Below, piece after piece: positions 30,002-39,998 of a DNA stretch of 64,000 nucleotides; within the stretch, counting starts at the first letter, position 1; each line of letters begins with the position of its first letter. Source of the DNA: Myxococcota bacterium (GTDB taxonomy: Bacteria > Myxococcota_A > UBA796 > CAJQPC01); NCBI GenBank assembly GCA_036012755.1, contig DASCPX010000129.1, forward strand, positions 192,001 through 256,000, written 5' to 3'. Both the position numbers and the translations under genes were made by a program. The notes under the pieces were generated by a model. It searched no databases. It had not been told where the DNA came from and saw nothing but the letters and a program-made list of their open reading frames with translations.

Positions 30002-32482
30002 TCAGTCCTCCCAGGCCGACGAGTGTCCAGCATCGGGCTCGGTGACCGTCGTGTCTCCGCTCGGGTAGGCCGTGCCATCCAGCTCGTCGTAGTCGAGCCG
30101 GATGCGCCCGTCGCCGCCGTCGCCGCCGTATGCCGAGCCGTAGGGGCAGCCGCTGTGCCAGCAGCTCGTGCCTCCCGAGCCGCCGATCGCCGAGATGGTC
30201 CCGCCGAGGCTCAGATCCGGTGAAGCCAGCCAGACCTGGCCGCCGCTTCCGGCACCTCCTCCTCCGACCTCGCCCTCCAGCGAGGTGGCGTCCCCGCCGT
30301 CGGCGCCGTCCGCCAGGATCGAGCCCGAGACGTCCAGCGACGTGCCCGCCCAGATCGCCACGAGTCCGCCTCCGTCGCCGCCGTCCCCGGTCACGTTGGT
30401 GCTCGAGGTCCCGTCGCTTTCGGTGTCCGGGGAGCCGCCGCCACCGCCGGAGCCGAGGTACCACTCGGACAGCTCGGTGTCGCCGTAGGTGTCGCCAGGG
30501 TCGCAGACCTCTGAGCCGGAGTAGCTCGTGCCTGCGGTTCCGGAGTCGCCGTAGCTGCCGCCTCCCCCGGAGTCACCGTTGTCGCCTCGCCGGGGGTAGC
30601 TGCCGCCGCCACCCTCGTTCGCGGTGGTGGTTCCAGAGGATCCCTCTGCGTTCCAGCTCTCGCCCTGGTCCGGGTCGGAGCTGTTGCTCGTGACGCCATC
30701 GCCGCCTCGATAGCCCCGCTCGCCGAGGTCGATCGTGCCGGTGATGTCGACGTCTCCGGTAGCCCGAAAGACCACGACACCGCCGCCGCCCCCGGCCCAG
30801 TCGTCGGCGTCGATCGTCGCCCCGGAGGACAAGGTGAAGTCGTCGTAGTGGGGCACGCGCTGCACCAGGACCACGCTCGAGCTGGAGTAGTCGTCCTCCA
30901 GCGCCGGCTCGATGGTCAGGGTGTTCGAGCTGACGCTGTCCACGTAGACGAACTGCCGGGTGCCGGCGTCCTCGCCCTGCTGGCTCAGGACCAGGACCTC
31001 GTCGCCGCTGGCGAAGGGCGTGCCGTCATCGACCTCGATCGAGGTGTCCTCGGCCGTCGCGCCACCGTCGAGCAGGGCCCAGTCCGCCCAGGTCTCATCG
31101 GAGGTGACCGAGCCGGTGCCGTCGCCGCCGAGTCCCTCGTTCGGACCGCGAACCACGCTGTCGTCGTACTCGTCGGCGTCCCAGTCGTTGCGCAGCCCGT
31201 CCCCGTCGATGTCGTCGTCGTCGCAGTCCTGGGTCCCGTCGGAGTCCGTGTCGGTGGCGTCCGTGTCGTCGCAGTCGTCCGAGTTCTCCACGTAGCCGCT
31301 GGGCTGCTCGCAGGTCTCGACCGAGGAGTCGGGGTCGCCCAGACCGTCGCCGTCGGTGTCCGCGTAGTACGTCGCGCTCGAGGGCCCGTCGCTGTCGTCG
31401 TCGTCGATGTCCCCGTCGCAGTCGTCGTCGATGTCGTTGCAGATCTCCTCTGCGTCCGGGTTCACGTCCTCGTCGAGGTCGTCGCAGTCGTCGCTGTCCG
31501 AGATGTAGCCGCTGGGCTGCTCGCAGCTGGCGATGGTCCAGTCCGCGTCGCCGAAGCCGTCGCTGTCGTGGTCGAGGTACCAGGTCGTGTCGGGGTTCAG
31601 CGATGCGTCTGTGTCGTCGCAGTCGTCGTCGTTGTCGACCGTGCCGCTCGGTTGGGAGCAGCTCTCGGTGCTCGAGTCCGGGTCGCCGTAGCCGTCGGTG
31701 TCCGCGTCCGTGTACCAGGTCCCGGCGTCGACGGCGTCGTCCTCGTCGACCGCGTCGTCGCAGTCGTCGTCGATCTCGTTGCAGACCTCCGTCGCGTTTG
31801 GCGAGACCTGGGCGTCTGTGTCGTCGCAGTCGTTGTCGTTGTCCGAGTAGCCGGTGGGGAGATCACAGCCCTCTGTGCTGCTGTCAGGGTCGCCGTGCCC
31901 GTCTCCGTCGGTGTCGGCCCAGTAGATGGACTGGACACCCTCGTCGACCTCGCCGTTGCAGTCGTTGTCCGCCTCGTCGCAGACCTCTTCGGCGCCCGGG
32001 TAGGCGCTGGCGTCCGTGTCGTCGCAGTCGGTGGCGTCGTCGACGTAGCCGTTGGCTCCATCGCAGCTCTGGCTCGACACCGACGCATCCCCGAAGCCGT
32101 CCCGATCCACGTCCGCGTACCAGAGGTCGCCCACCGCGTCGTCTTCCTCGCCGTTGCAGTCGTTGTCGAGGCCGTCGCAGACCTCTGTGGCGTCCGGGTT
32201 GGTGGCGGCGTCGAGGTCGTCACAGTCATCGGCTTCGAGGAAGCCGTCGCCGTCGAGGTCGTCGTCCGGTGTGGTCTCGTCGCAGTCGTCGTCGAGGCCG
32301 TTGTAGGGGATCTCGGAGGCCCCCGGGTAGACCGCCGAGTTCGTGTCGTCGCAGTCGTCTTCCTCGTAGAAGCCGTCGCCGTCCGCGTCGACCGGGGCGT
32401 CACCGGTGTCCTCTGGGATGATCCCGGAGTCGGGGTCGGAGTCCTTGTTGCGGCAGGCGAGGCAGAGCAGGACGAGCAGCAT
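30002..32482 (-). CDS. MopE-like repeat lipoprotein with C-terminal glycine-rich domain
   Basis: MLLVLLCLAC start and DCDD/DDDCDG repeats. The C-terminal domain has VQRVPHY, GGVVVFRATG and several GGGG runs. Confidence 0.8.
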   Translation of the reverse strand: MLLVLLCLACRNKDSDPDSGIIPEDTGDAPVDADGDGFYEEDDCDDTNSAVYPGASEIPYNGLDDDCDETTPDDDLDGDGFLEADDCDDLDAATNPDATEVCDGLDNDCNGEEDDAVGDLWYADVDRDGFGDASVSSQSCDGANGYVDDATDCDDTDASAYPGAEEVCDEADNDCNGEVDEGVQSIYWADTDGDGHGDPDSSTEGCDLPTGYSDNDNDCDDTDAQVSPNATEVCNEIDDDCDDAVDEDDAVDAGTWYTDADTDGYGDPDSSTESCSQPSGTVDNDDDCDDTDASLNPDTTWYLDHDSDGFGDADWTIASCEQPSGYISDSDDCDDLDEDVNPDAEEICNDIDDDCDGDIDDDDSDGPSSATYYADTDGDGLGDPDSSVETCEQPSGYVENSDDCDDTDATDTDSDGTQDCDDDDIDGDGLRNDWDADEYDDSVVRGPNEGLGGDGTGSVTSDETWADWALLDGGATAEDTSIEVDDGTPFASGDEVLVLSQQGEDAGTRQFVYVDSVSSNTLTIEPALEDDYSSSSVVLVQRVPHYDDFTLSSGATIDADDWAGGGGGVVVFRATGDVDITGTIDLGERGYRGGDGVTSNSSDPDQGESWNAEGSSGTTTANEGGGGSYPRRGDNGDSGGGGSYGDSGTAGTSYSGSEVCDPGDTYGDTELSEWYLGSGGGGGSPDTESDGTSSTNVTGDGGDGGGLVAIWAGTSLDVSGSILADGADGGDATSLEGEVGGGGAGSGGQVWLASPDLSLGGTISAIGGSGGTSCWHSGCPYGSAYGGDGGDGRIRLDYDELDGTAYPSGDTTVTEPDAGHSSAWED

Positions 32483-32498
32483 CCGGAGAGCATAGCGC

Positions 32499-34034
32499 TC
32501 AGGGCGTATCGGAGACCTGGTCGTAGTCGTCGTCGCCCCAGCACTTCAGCTCTCCTCCGGTCGTGATGGCGCAGCTGTGGTCGTCACCCGAGCAGACCGA
32601 GGTGAAGCTGCCAGAGGGAGCGTCGGAGACCTGGTCGTAGTCGTCGTCCCCCCAGCAATCCAGCGTGCCGGTTCCGGAGACCGCGCAGCTGTGGTCGTCG
32701 CCGGCTGCGATGGACACCCAGCCCTTGGAGCTCGGCGCGCCGTCGATGCCAGCGCCGATGCCGAAGCACTCGACGGCGCCGTCGGTCTTCAGGGCGCAGG
32801 CGTGCAGGCCGCCGCCGACCGAGATCGCCTGGTAGGTCCCGGAGGGTGGCTCCGGGTCGCTCGTGCCCCAGCAGACCAGCTCCTGGTCGTCGTCGATGGC
32901 GCAGGCGAAGTAGAAGCCCACGCCCACCTTCTCGAAGCTCCCCGAGGGCTCGTAGGTGATGCCGTATTCGCTGACACCCCAGCACTTCAGATCGCCGTCG
33001 TCGTCGAGAACGCAGCCGTTGGCGTAGGTGCCGACGGCCACCTGCGCGTAGGTCCCCGAGGGGGCGCTCTCCATGCCGCCGACCGAGGCGCCCCAGCAAT
33101 CCAGGGCGTCGGAGCTGTCGAGCACGCAGTCGAAGTAGCCCCCTGACGCCAGCTGGTTCACCGGGTCCGACGGGGGGCTGCCGATGCCGTCGTAGCCCCA
33201 GCAGTGGACCTTGCCCGAGGACTTCAGCGCGCAGTTGTGATCGTCGTCGCCGCAGGACACGGCGCGCCAGCCGCAGCCGTCCCCGTAGGGGAACAGCTCG
33301 TCGTCGTCGTCGTCGCAGTCGGTGCCGGCCTCGACGCCGCTGCGCGGGCGGTCCGAGCCGTAGCCGTCTCCATCGGCGTCGGTCATGCAAGCCGTGGCGC
33401 TGTCCTCTTCCGCGGCCCCTGGCGCGGTCCGGCGGTCCCCATCGTCGCAGTCCCCGTCGCAGGAGCTGATCCCGTCGCCGTCCTCGTCGAGCTGTCCCAG
33501 ATCCGGGTCCTCGTCGTCGCAGTCGTCGTCGGTCGTCGTGCCGTCGCAGTCGGCGTCCTCTGCCAGCGCCGTCGACTCGGGGTCGTAGTCGTCGCAGTCC
33601 TCGGCCGTCAGGAGCCCATCGCAGTCCATGTCGGCGGCCTGGTCTCCGAGCTCGGGGTCGTAGTCGTCACAGTCCGCGTCCGCGAGTACGCCGTCGCAGT
33701 CCTGGTCGTTCTCGGGATCGGTCACGTCGGGATCGTCGTCGTCGCAGTCGCCTTCGCAGGTGGTGAGGCCGTCTGCGTCCAGGTCGTCGTGGTTGAGCGA
33801 GGCGTCTTCGTCGTCGCAGTCGTCGCCGCCGCTCCAGTCCGAGGCCCAGCCGTCCCCGTCTCCGTCGAAGCCGTCGACGCCGTCGCAGTTCTGGTCGATG
33901 GCGTCGCCCACCACGTCGGTGGCCTCTGGGTTGATCGCCCCGTTGTCGTCGTTGCAGTCGCCCTGCCGGATCGTGAAGCCGTCGGCATCGGCGTCGAGGG
34001 GTGTCCCGCCCCAGCAGGCCAAGAGGAGTAGCAT
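32499..34034 (-). CDS. MopE-like repeat lipoprotein with RCC1-like repeats
   Basis: MLLLLAC start and DCDD repeats. C-terminal repeats of the form G..HSCA...G.L.CWG. Confidence 0.85.
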   Translation of the reverse strand: MLLLLACWGGTPLDADADGFTIRQGDCNDDNGAINPEATDVVGDAIDQNCDGVDGFDGDGDGWASDWSGGDDCDDEDASLNHDDLDADGLTTCEGDCDDDDPDVTDPENDQDCDGVLADADCDDYDPELGDQAADMDCDGLLTAEDCDDYDPESTALAEDADCDGTTTDDDCDDEDPDLGQLDEDGDGISSCDGDCDDGDRRTAPGAAEEDSATACMTDADGDGYGSDRPRSGVEAGTDCDDDDDELFPYGDGCGWRAVSCGDDDHNCALKSSGKVHCWGYDGIGSPPSDPVNQLASGGYFDCVLDSSDALDCWGASVGGMESAPSGTYAQVAVGTYANGCVLDDDGDLKCWGVSEYGITYEPSGSFEKVGVGFYFACAIDDDQELVCWGTSDPEPPSGTYQAISVGGGLHACALKTDGAVECFGIGAGIDGAPSSKGWVSIAAGDDHSCAVSGTGTLDCWGDDDYDQVSDAPSGSFTSVCSGDDHSCAITTGGELKCWGDDDYDQVSDTP

Positions 34035-34143
34035 CGCCTGCGATTGTATCTGCGGCGGGGCTGCGGCTCGCCTGAGCCGAACCCAACGTTGACGTCCTCG
34101 AACACGACATTAAGTGGCCCCCCCATTCCACGGAGGTACCGCG

Positions 34144-35079
34144 ATGATCGAGGTCTCCAGCCTCACCCGCTACTACGGCACCCACGCCGCGGTGAAGGAC
34201 GCCAGCTTCACGATCGCCGACAACGAGATCGTGGGTTTCCTCGGCCTCAATGGCGCGGGCAAGTCGACGACGCTGAAGGTGCTGGCGGGGCTGCTGTTGC
34301 CCTCCAGCGGCAGCGTGAAGATCGACGGCGTCGACATCGTGCAGGCTCCGGACTCGATGCGGAGCCGGATCGGCTTCCTGCCGGAAGACACGCCCCTGTA
34401 CATGGACATGCGGGTCGAGGACTTCGTCTCCTACGCCGGGGAGCTCAAGGGCCTGTCCGCGGCGGAGGTGGCCAGTCGCCTCGACGGGGTGCTCGCTCAC
34501 ACCGGTCTGACCGTGCGCCGGCGCCAGGTGATCAGCGAGCTGTCCCATGGCTTCCGCAAGCGCGTGGGCATCGCCCAGGCCGTCATCCACGGCCCCAGGC
34601 TGGTCATCCTCGACGAGCCGATCTCTGGCCTCGATCCCAAGCAGATCCGAGAGATTCGCGAGGTCATCGTGGGCCTCAAGGAGTCCTGCACGGTCCTGAT
34701 CTCCAGCCACATCCTCTCGGAGATCAGCCAGACCTGTGACCGCATCCTGGTCCTGAACGAGGGTCGCCTCATCGCAGAGGGCACAGAGGACGAGCTCGCC
34801 TCTCGCACCGCCGCGGGCAGCCGCATCGAGCTGGAGATCCGGGGCGAGCGGGCCGCGGTCGAGGCAGTCCTCAGAGGCCACGCCGCGGTCCAGAACCTCA
34901 GCGTCACCGGTGACGCCGGCGGCATCGTCTCCTTGCGCGTCACGCTCGAGGCGGACGAAGAGCGGGAGTCCCTCGTCGCCCACATCGTCAGCTCCGGCCT
35001 GGGTCTGCGCCGCATCGACGAGGACGCCGGCGAGCTCGAAGACATCTTCCTGAACATCACTTCCGCGGGGGCCGCATGA
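34144..35079 (+). CDS. ABC transporter ATP-binding protein (GldA-like)
   Basis: GLNGAGKST, LSHGFRKRVG, ILDEP and SSH motifs, with a GGAGG RBS. Confidence 0.92.
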   Translation: MIEVSSLTRYYGTHAAVKDASFTIADNEIVGFLGLNGAGKSTTLKVLAGLLLPSSGSVKIDGVDIVQAPDSMRSRIGFLPEDTPLYMDMRVEDFVSYAGELKGLSAAEVASRLDGVLAHTGLTVRRRQVISELSHGFRKRVGIAQAVIHGPRLVILDEPISGLDPKQIREIREVIVGLKESCTVLISSHILSEISQTCDRILVLNEGRLIAEGTEDELASRTAAGSRIELEIRGERAAVEAVLRGHAAVQNLSVTGDAGGIVSLRVTLEADEERESLVAHIVSSGLGLRRIDEDAGELEDIFLNITSAGAA

Positions 35080-35801
35080 GAGGCCTGTTCCTCGTCGCCA
35101 GGAGGGAGCTCGGCTCCTACCTCAACGGCTACTGGGGCTTCCTGATCGTCTCGGTCCTGCTCTTCGGGCAGGGGCTCATCTTCAATGCCTTCGCCCTCGG
35201 CTCGACCCCCCGGGTGAGCTCTGACGTGCTCGAGGACTTCTTCTACCTCAGCTTCGGCTTCACCGTGGCCGCCGCCGTGCTGCTCACGATGCGGCTCGTC
35301 GCCGAGGAGCAGCAGACCGGCACGATCGTGCTCATCGACTCCAGCCCGCTCTCGGACTGGCAGGTGGTCGGCGGCAAGTACCTCTCCGCCGTGCTCGTCA
35401 TCGCGGTCATGCTGGCGCTGTCCGCCTACATGCCGGCGCTGATCTTCGTCAACGGCAAGGTCAGCCTCGGGCACATCGGCGCCGGCTACCTCGGCGTGCT
35501 GCTCGCCGGCTCGGCGACCGCCGCCATCGGCACCTTCACCTCCAGCATCACCCGCTACCAGATCGTCGCCGCCATCCTGGGCGGAGTCATCGTCTTCGTC
35601 TTCCTCCTTGCCTGGCTGCTCGGGCGCGTGACGGACCCGCCGATCGACGACATCTGGTCCTACATGAGCCTCTTCGACCGGCACTTCCAGCCCTTCATGC
35701 GGGGCCGGATCAACGTCGAGGACATCGTCTTCTACGTATCGGTGAGCTTCGTGTTCCTCTTGCTCTCGACTCGCTTGATGAGCGCGAGGAGGTGGCGATG
35801 A
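35076..35801 (+). CDS. ABC-2 permease (GldF-like)
   Basis: ARRELGSY, LTMRLVAEE..TGT and GKYL motifs, about 6 TM segments. Confidence 0.88.
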   Translation: MRGLFLVARRELGSYLNGYWGFLIVSVLLFGQGLIFNAFALGSTPRVSSDVLEDFFYLSFGFTVAAAVLLTMRLVAEEQQTGTIVLIDSSPLSDWQVVGGKYLSAVLVIAVMLALSAYMPALIFVNGKVSLGHIGAGYLGVLLAGSATAAIGTFTSSITRYQIVAAILGGVIVFVFLLAWLLGRVTDPPIDDIWSYMSLFDRHFQPFMRGRINVEDIVFYVSVSFVFLLLSTRLMSARRWR

Positions 35802-37633
35802 GCCCCTCCTTCATCCTGACGCTCGTCGGCCTGGCCGGCCTCTACGCTGGCCAGCGTCTGTTCTCGGGCGACGATTCCATGGAGATGGCCTTCACCGGAC
35901 TCGGCGGGCTGCTGCTGGTCCTTGGCCTCTTCTTCCGTTTCAAGGCGATGGCTGGCGCGAGCGCGGCCGACATCCGCGGAGCCAACCAGAAGGCCCTGAT
36001 CTTCAACGGCGTCGTTGTCGCCGCGGTCGCCGTCTACGCCCTGTCGACCGACTCCGCGTCCGAGCTCATCGCTCTCGACGACCAGGCAGCCAGCCGCTGG
36101 TCCGTCGCCTGGTCAGCCGTCTGGCCGATCGTGCTGCTCGCGGGTCTGTTCCCGCTCCTGCTCATCGATCTCGCCATCGTCTCGAGCCCCCTGGCCGTGC
36201 AGCCCTTGCGGGTGAAGCAGGCCATCGACAACGGCCTCGTAGGCGCGCTCGGCCTCTGCCTGGTGTTCCCGCTGAACTACCTGGCCACCGAGCACAACGA
36301 GCGCTGGGACCTGGCCTACTTCAAGACCACGGAGGTCGGGGGCTCCAGCCAGGCGCTGGTCACGAACCTCACCGAGCCGGTCACGGCGCGCATCTTCCTG
36401 CCCACCTCCTCCGACGTGCGCAGCGAGCTCGTTCCCTACTTCGAGGAGCTGGAGGCCGCGAACCCGGCGATGTTCCGGGTCGAGGTGCTCGACCACGCCG
36501 CCGAGCCGGTCCTGGCCAAGGAGCTCAAGATCCGCGACAACGGCTACGTCGCGCTGACCCTGAACGACGGGACCGACGACGCGGTCACGAAGTCCTGGAA
36601 GATCGGCGACGAGCTCGACCGCGCCAAGCGCAACCTGAAGAAGCTGGACCAGGAGTTCCAGAAGCGCCTGCTCGACCTGGCGAAGGGTGAGCGCAAGGCC
36701 TACTTCACCGTCGGCCACGGCGAGTTCAACTGGAAGTCCGGTGACCTGCCGGACGACAAGCTGGTCAACCTCAAGAAGCTCCTCCAGACGCTGAACTTCG
36801 ACGTGAAGGAGCTCGGCTTGAAGGATGGGCTGGGCGACGAGATCCCGGACGACGCCACGGTGGTCTTCGTGGTCGGTCCGGAGGAGCCCTTTCTCCCCGC
36901 CGAGAACGAGGCGCTGAAGGCCTACATCGACGGCGGCGGCGCCCTCGTCGTGGCTGTCGAGCCCGGTCGCGACCCGATGGTCGAGGTGCTCGGCCATGTC
37001 GGCGTGAAGGCTGCGGAGGGCACCCTCGCCAGCGAGGCCCAGTTCCTGCGGCGCTCGGGTGACAAGTCCGACCGCATGAACATCGTCACGAATCGCTACT
37101 CCTCGCACGAGTCGACGACCACGCTCTCCAAGTACAGCCGCCAGCTCCACCTCGTCACGCCGGGAGCCGGCTACCTCGAGGAGTCCGGCGGCGGCCGCGG
37201 CAAGGTCACTGTCACGGTGCGCTCGGACAGCACGACCTGGGCGGACCTCGACGGCGGCCTGGAGTACGACGCCGAGACCGAGAAGAAGGACGTCCGCGCC
37301 CTCGCCATGGCCGCCAGCGGTCCTGCGGGCACCGACGACGAGGGCAACCCGACCGAGTACCGGGTGCTGGTGACCTCTGACGCGACGATGTTCTCGGACC
37401 TCATCCTGGCCAACAAGGCCAACCTCCAGTTCGTCTACGACGCCGCCAACTGGGTGATGGGTGAGGAGGAGCTCTCAGGCACCGTGGAGAATGAAGAGGA
37501 CATCAAGATCGAGCACACCCAGGAAGACCAGGCGATCTGGTTCTACAGCACGGTCATGGGCCTCCCCCTCATCATCCTGATGCTCGGCGCCGTGCGAGTC
37601 CGCCGTCGCCGCAGCGCCGGAGGTGCAGCATGA
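35798..37633 (+). CDS. GldG-family ABC auxiliary component
   Basis: N-terminal TM segments, RWDL, YFTVGHGE, YIDGGG and a C-terminal TM followed by RRRR. Confidence 0.85.
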   Translation: MSPSFILTLVGLAGLYAGQRLFSGDDSMEMAFTGLGGLLLVLGLFFRFKAMAGASAADIRGANQKALIFNGVVVAAVAVYALSTDSASELIALDDQAASRWSVAWSAVWPIVLLAGLFPLLLIDLAIVSSPLAVQPLRVKQAIDNGLVGALGLCLVFPLNYLATEHNERWDLAYFKTTEVGGSSQALVTNLTEPVTARIFLPTSSDVRSELVPYFEELEAANPAMFRVEVLDHAAEPVLAKELKIRDNGYVALTLNDGTDDAVTKSWKIGDELDRAKRNLKKLDQEFQKRLLDLAKGERKAYFTVGHGEFNWKSGDLPDDKLVNLKKLLQTLNFDVKELGLKDGLGDEIPDDATVVFVVGPEEPFLPAENEALKAYIDGGGALVVAVEPGRDPMVEVLGHVGVKAAEGTLASEAQFLRRSGDKSDRMNIVTNRYSSHESTTTLSKYSRQLHLVTPGAGYLEESGGGRGKVTVTVRSDSTTWADLDGGLEYDAETEKKDVRALAMAASGPAGTDDEGNPTEYRVLVTSDATMFSDLILANKANLQFVYDAANWVMGEEELSGTVENEEDIKIEHTQEDQAIWFYSTVMGLPLIILMLGAVRVRRRRSAGGAA

Positions 37634-38760
37634 GCAAGCAGGTCATCGTCCTCGGGGTCTGCCTCGGGGCCGCCCTCGTCTGCAGCTACCTCTCCTGGAC
37701 CTCCGAGGAGGGCACGGACGAAGACGACACCATCGTCATGCTCGACGCCGACCTCGAGGACATCGAGAAGGTCACCTGGGACAGCGAGAAGCTCGACGTC
37801 GTCCTCGTCGGAAAGAGCGACGAGCGCGGCGACTATCTCTGGGTCACCACCACCGAGCGAAAGCGGGTGCCCAAGGAGAAGTCCCACGACAACCCCGATC
37901 CGGAGGCTGGGGACCCGACCGAGCACGACGGGATCGAGGGCAACGAGGACGACGGGACCGAGGGCCAGGAGCCCCCGGAGCCGCCCGAGCTGCCCGAAGA
38001 GGACGAGTACGAGGACAAGGTCAAGCACTTCAAGGCTGGCGGTGCCGGGGACGACCTCCTCACCTCCCTCGCTCCGATGGAGGCCGCGCGCGTGCTCTCC
38101 GGCGTCGGAGAGGACAAGTACGAGGACTTCGGTCTGACCGAGCCCGACGCGACGCTCACGGTCCAGCGCAAGGGCAAGGAGGCCAAGGTCTTCAAGATCG
38201 GCGGAGAGGCCTACGGAACCCGCGATCGCTACGTGCTCGACACGGGCGAGGGGAACGTCTACCTCGTCGACCAGGACCTGCTGAGGCCGCTCAAGTACGC
38301 GACCACGCGGCTCCCCGACCGGAACCTCACAGAGCTCGGGAAGGCGGAGATCACGCGGGTGAGCCTGTCGACGATCTGCGAGCCGCTGGAGACGGACTGC
38401 GAGGGCGTGACGGTGGAACTCGAGCAGCAGAACGCCCAGGACAAGGACAACGCCTTCTGGGCCCCTGTCGGGAGCGACGAGCCCAGCGAGACGGCGGAAG
38501 CCTGGCTGGACAAGGCCCTTGGCCTGAAGTCGGCCTCCTACGTCCAGGATGAGGACCAGCCGATCGAGATCGCGCCGAAGCTCCACCTCATCGTCCAGGA
38601 CGACGAGACCGTGACGACCATCGAGATCAGCCGCGGCGTGAACCCGGACGGCGACGAGACCTGGTACGCCCGCAGCGAGCACACCAGAGAGCTCGTGCGT
38701 CTACACCGGACCCAGGCCAGCGAGGTCGTCGAGGACGTGGAGAGCGTGCTCGATATCTAG
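37630..38760 (+). CDS. DUF4340 domain protein
   Basis: N-terminal anchor and FGLTEP...IG...RYV...VYLV pattern. This is the usual last gene of GldAFG-like operons. Confidence 0.8.
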   Translation: MSKQVIVLGVCLGAALVCSYLSWTSEEGTDEDDTIVMLDADLEDIEKVTWDSEKLDVVLVGKSDERGDYLWVTTTERKRVPKEKSHDNPDPEAGDPTEHDGIEGNEDDGTEGQEPPEPPELPEEDEYEDKVKHFKAGGAGDDLLTSLAPMEAARVLSGVGEDKYEDFGLTEPDATLTVQRKGKEAKVFKIGGEAYGTRDRYVLDTGEGNVYLVDQDLLRPLKYATTRLPDRNLTELGKAEITRVSLSTICEPLETDCEGVTVELEQQNAQDKDNAFWAPVGSDEPSETAEAWLDKALGLKSASYVQDEDQPIEIAPKLHLIVQDDETVTTIEISRGVNPDGDETWYARSEHTRELVRLHRTQASEVVEDVESVLDI

Positions 38761-38815
38761 ACGCTGTTTGCCCTCAGCTGGACCCGGACGCCGCTGGTGA
38801 TGCAGGCAAGCAGGA

Positions 38816-39187
38816 TCACGGCTCGTGCCCCAAGCAGGTCCCAATGATCGGCTTCTTGAACAGGATCCAGATCCCCCAGAGAGCCAGCGGCGTCGAGCAG
38901 AAGCCGATGGTGCTCACCCCCAGGGTCAACACCGACATCGCCCACGCCCAGCGGGACAGTGAGGGGATCCAGAACACGGCGACCCCGTGCATCGCGGCCA
39001 TCAGGACCAGCACCCCCGCCGTGATCCAGAGCGGTGGTGCGCTGGCAGGGTCCGCCTCGACCTGCACGTTCGAGTTGGCCAGCGTGATCAACGCGAGCAC
39101 GAGCCAGTAGGCAGCCAGACCACCCAGGATCCAGCGCACCTTCACGAGGAGGCCTTGGCGGGCCTCCCAGGAATCACTCGGCTCCAA
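38816..39187 (-). CDS. Small membrane protein
   Basis: 123 aa with 3-4 hydrophobic segments; it overlaps the PP2C stop. Confidence 0.6.
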   Translation of the reverse strand: MEPSDSWEARQGLLVKVRWILGGLAAYWLVLALITLANSNVQVEADPASAPPLWITAGVLVLMAAMHGVAVFWIPSLSRWAWAMSVLTLGVSTIGFCSTPLALWGIWILFKKPIIGTCLGHEP

Positions 39188-39953
39188 CGACCACGACCAT
39201 CACGGTCACGTTGTCGTCGCCGCCGCGGCGCAGCGCCTCCTGGACCAGCGTGTCGGCGAGGTCGTCAGGGTGAGTGCGTCCGCAGAGCATCTCGATCTCG
39301 CGATCCTCCAGCGGGTCGGTGAGGCCATCCGAACAGAGCACGATCAGGTCCCCGGGGTTGATGGCGCGGGTGGAGGTGTCCGGGTCGACCGGGCCGTGCA
39401 CGCCGACCGACTTCGTCAGGATGTTCTTGTGCGGCACGATCCGCGCCAGCTCCGCGGTCAGCCGCCCGGCGTCGACCTCTTGCTGCACGATCGTGTGGTC
39501 GCGGGTCAGACGGACCAGGCGCTCGTCCCGGTAGAGGTAGGCGCGGGAGTCGCCGACGTGGGCGAGGTGCGCGTTGTCCCCGTCGACCACGAGCACCACC
39601 AGCGTGGTGCCCATCCCGGCCATTGTCGGGTTCTCCTCGGCTTGCCTGCGGATGCTCACCGCGGCCTGGTTCATGGCGTAGCGGAGGCGCTCCCGCATTG
39701 CGTCGTCCGGGTCGTCGACCGCCTGGGCGAGCATCGTCTCGTCCGGGTCCTGTGACGCGAGCAGCACCGAGCGCACGGTCTCGACCGCGACCGAGCTGGC
39801 GATCTCTCCCGCGGCGTGTCCACCCATGCCGTCGGCGACGACGAAGAGGCCTCCCTCGATGTCGATGAGCCAGGCATCTTCGTTGTTCTCCCTGACCGGC
39901 CCGACGTCTGTCGCGGCATAGGCCTCTATTTGGAGGTGTCTCGACTTTTCCAA
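39174..39953 (-). CDS. PP2C-family Ser/Thr phosphatase (Stp1/PrpC-like)
   Basis: TDVG.VRENNED, VADGMGGH, MGTT, HVGDSRAY, CSDGL and GGDDNVT motifs. Start uncertain (TTG 39953). Confidence 0.92.
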   Translation of the reverse strand: MEKSRHLQIEAYAATDVGPVRENNEDAWLIDIEGGLFVVADGMGGHAAGEIASSVAVETVRSVLLASQDPDETMLAQAVDDPDDAMRERLRYAMNQAAVSIRRQAEENPTMAGMGTTLVVLVVDGDNAHLAHVGDSRAYLYRDERLVRLTRDHTIVQQEVDAGRLTAELARIVPHKNILTKSVGVHGPVDPDTSTRAINPGDLIVLCSDGLTDPLEDREIEMLCGRTHPDDLADTLVQEALRRGGDDNVTVMVVVVGAE

Positions 39954-39998
39954 GCGGTCCCTTCCGAGATACGGGCTGACTATAGACTGGCCGGGTTC

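Noticed and set aside
34144..38760. GldAFG-like operon as evidence of Bacteroidetes-type gliding
   Set aside because: This ABC plus DUF4340 module is widespread, and no other gld or spr genes are present.
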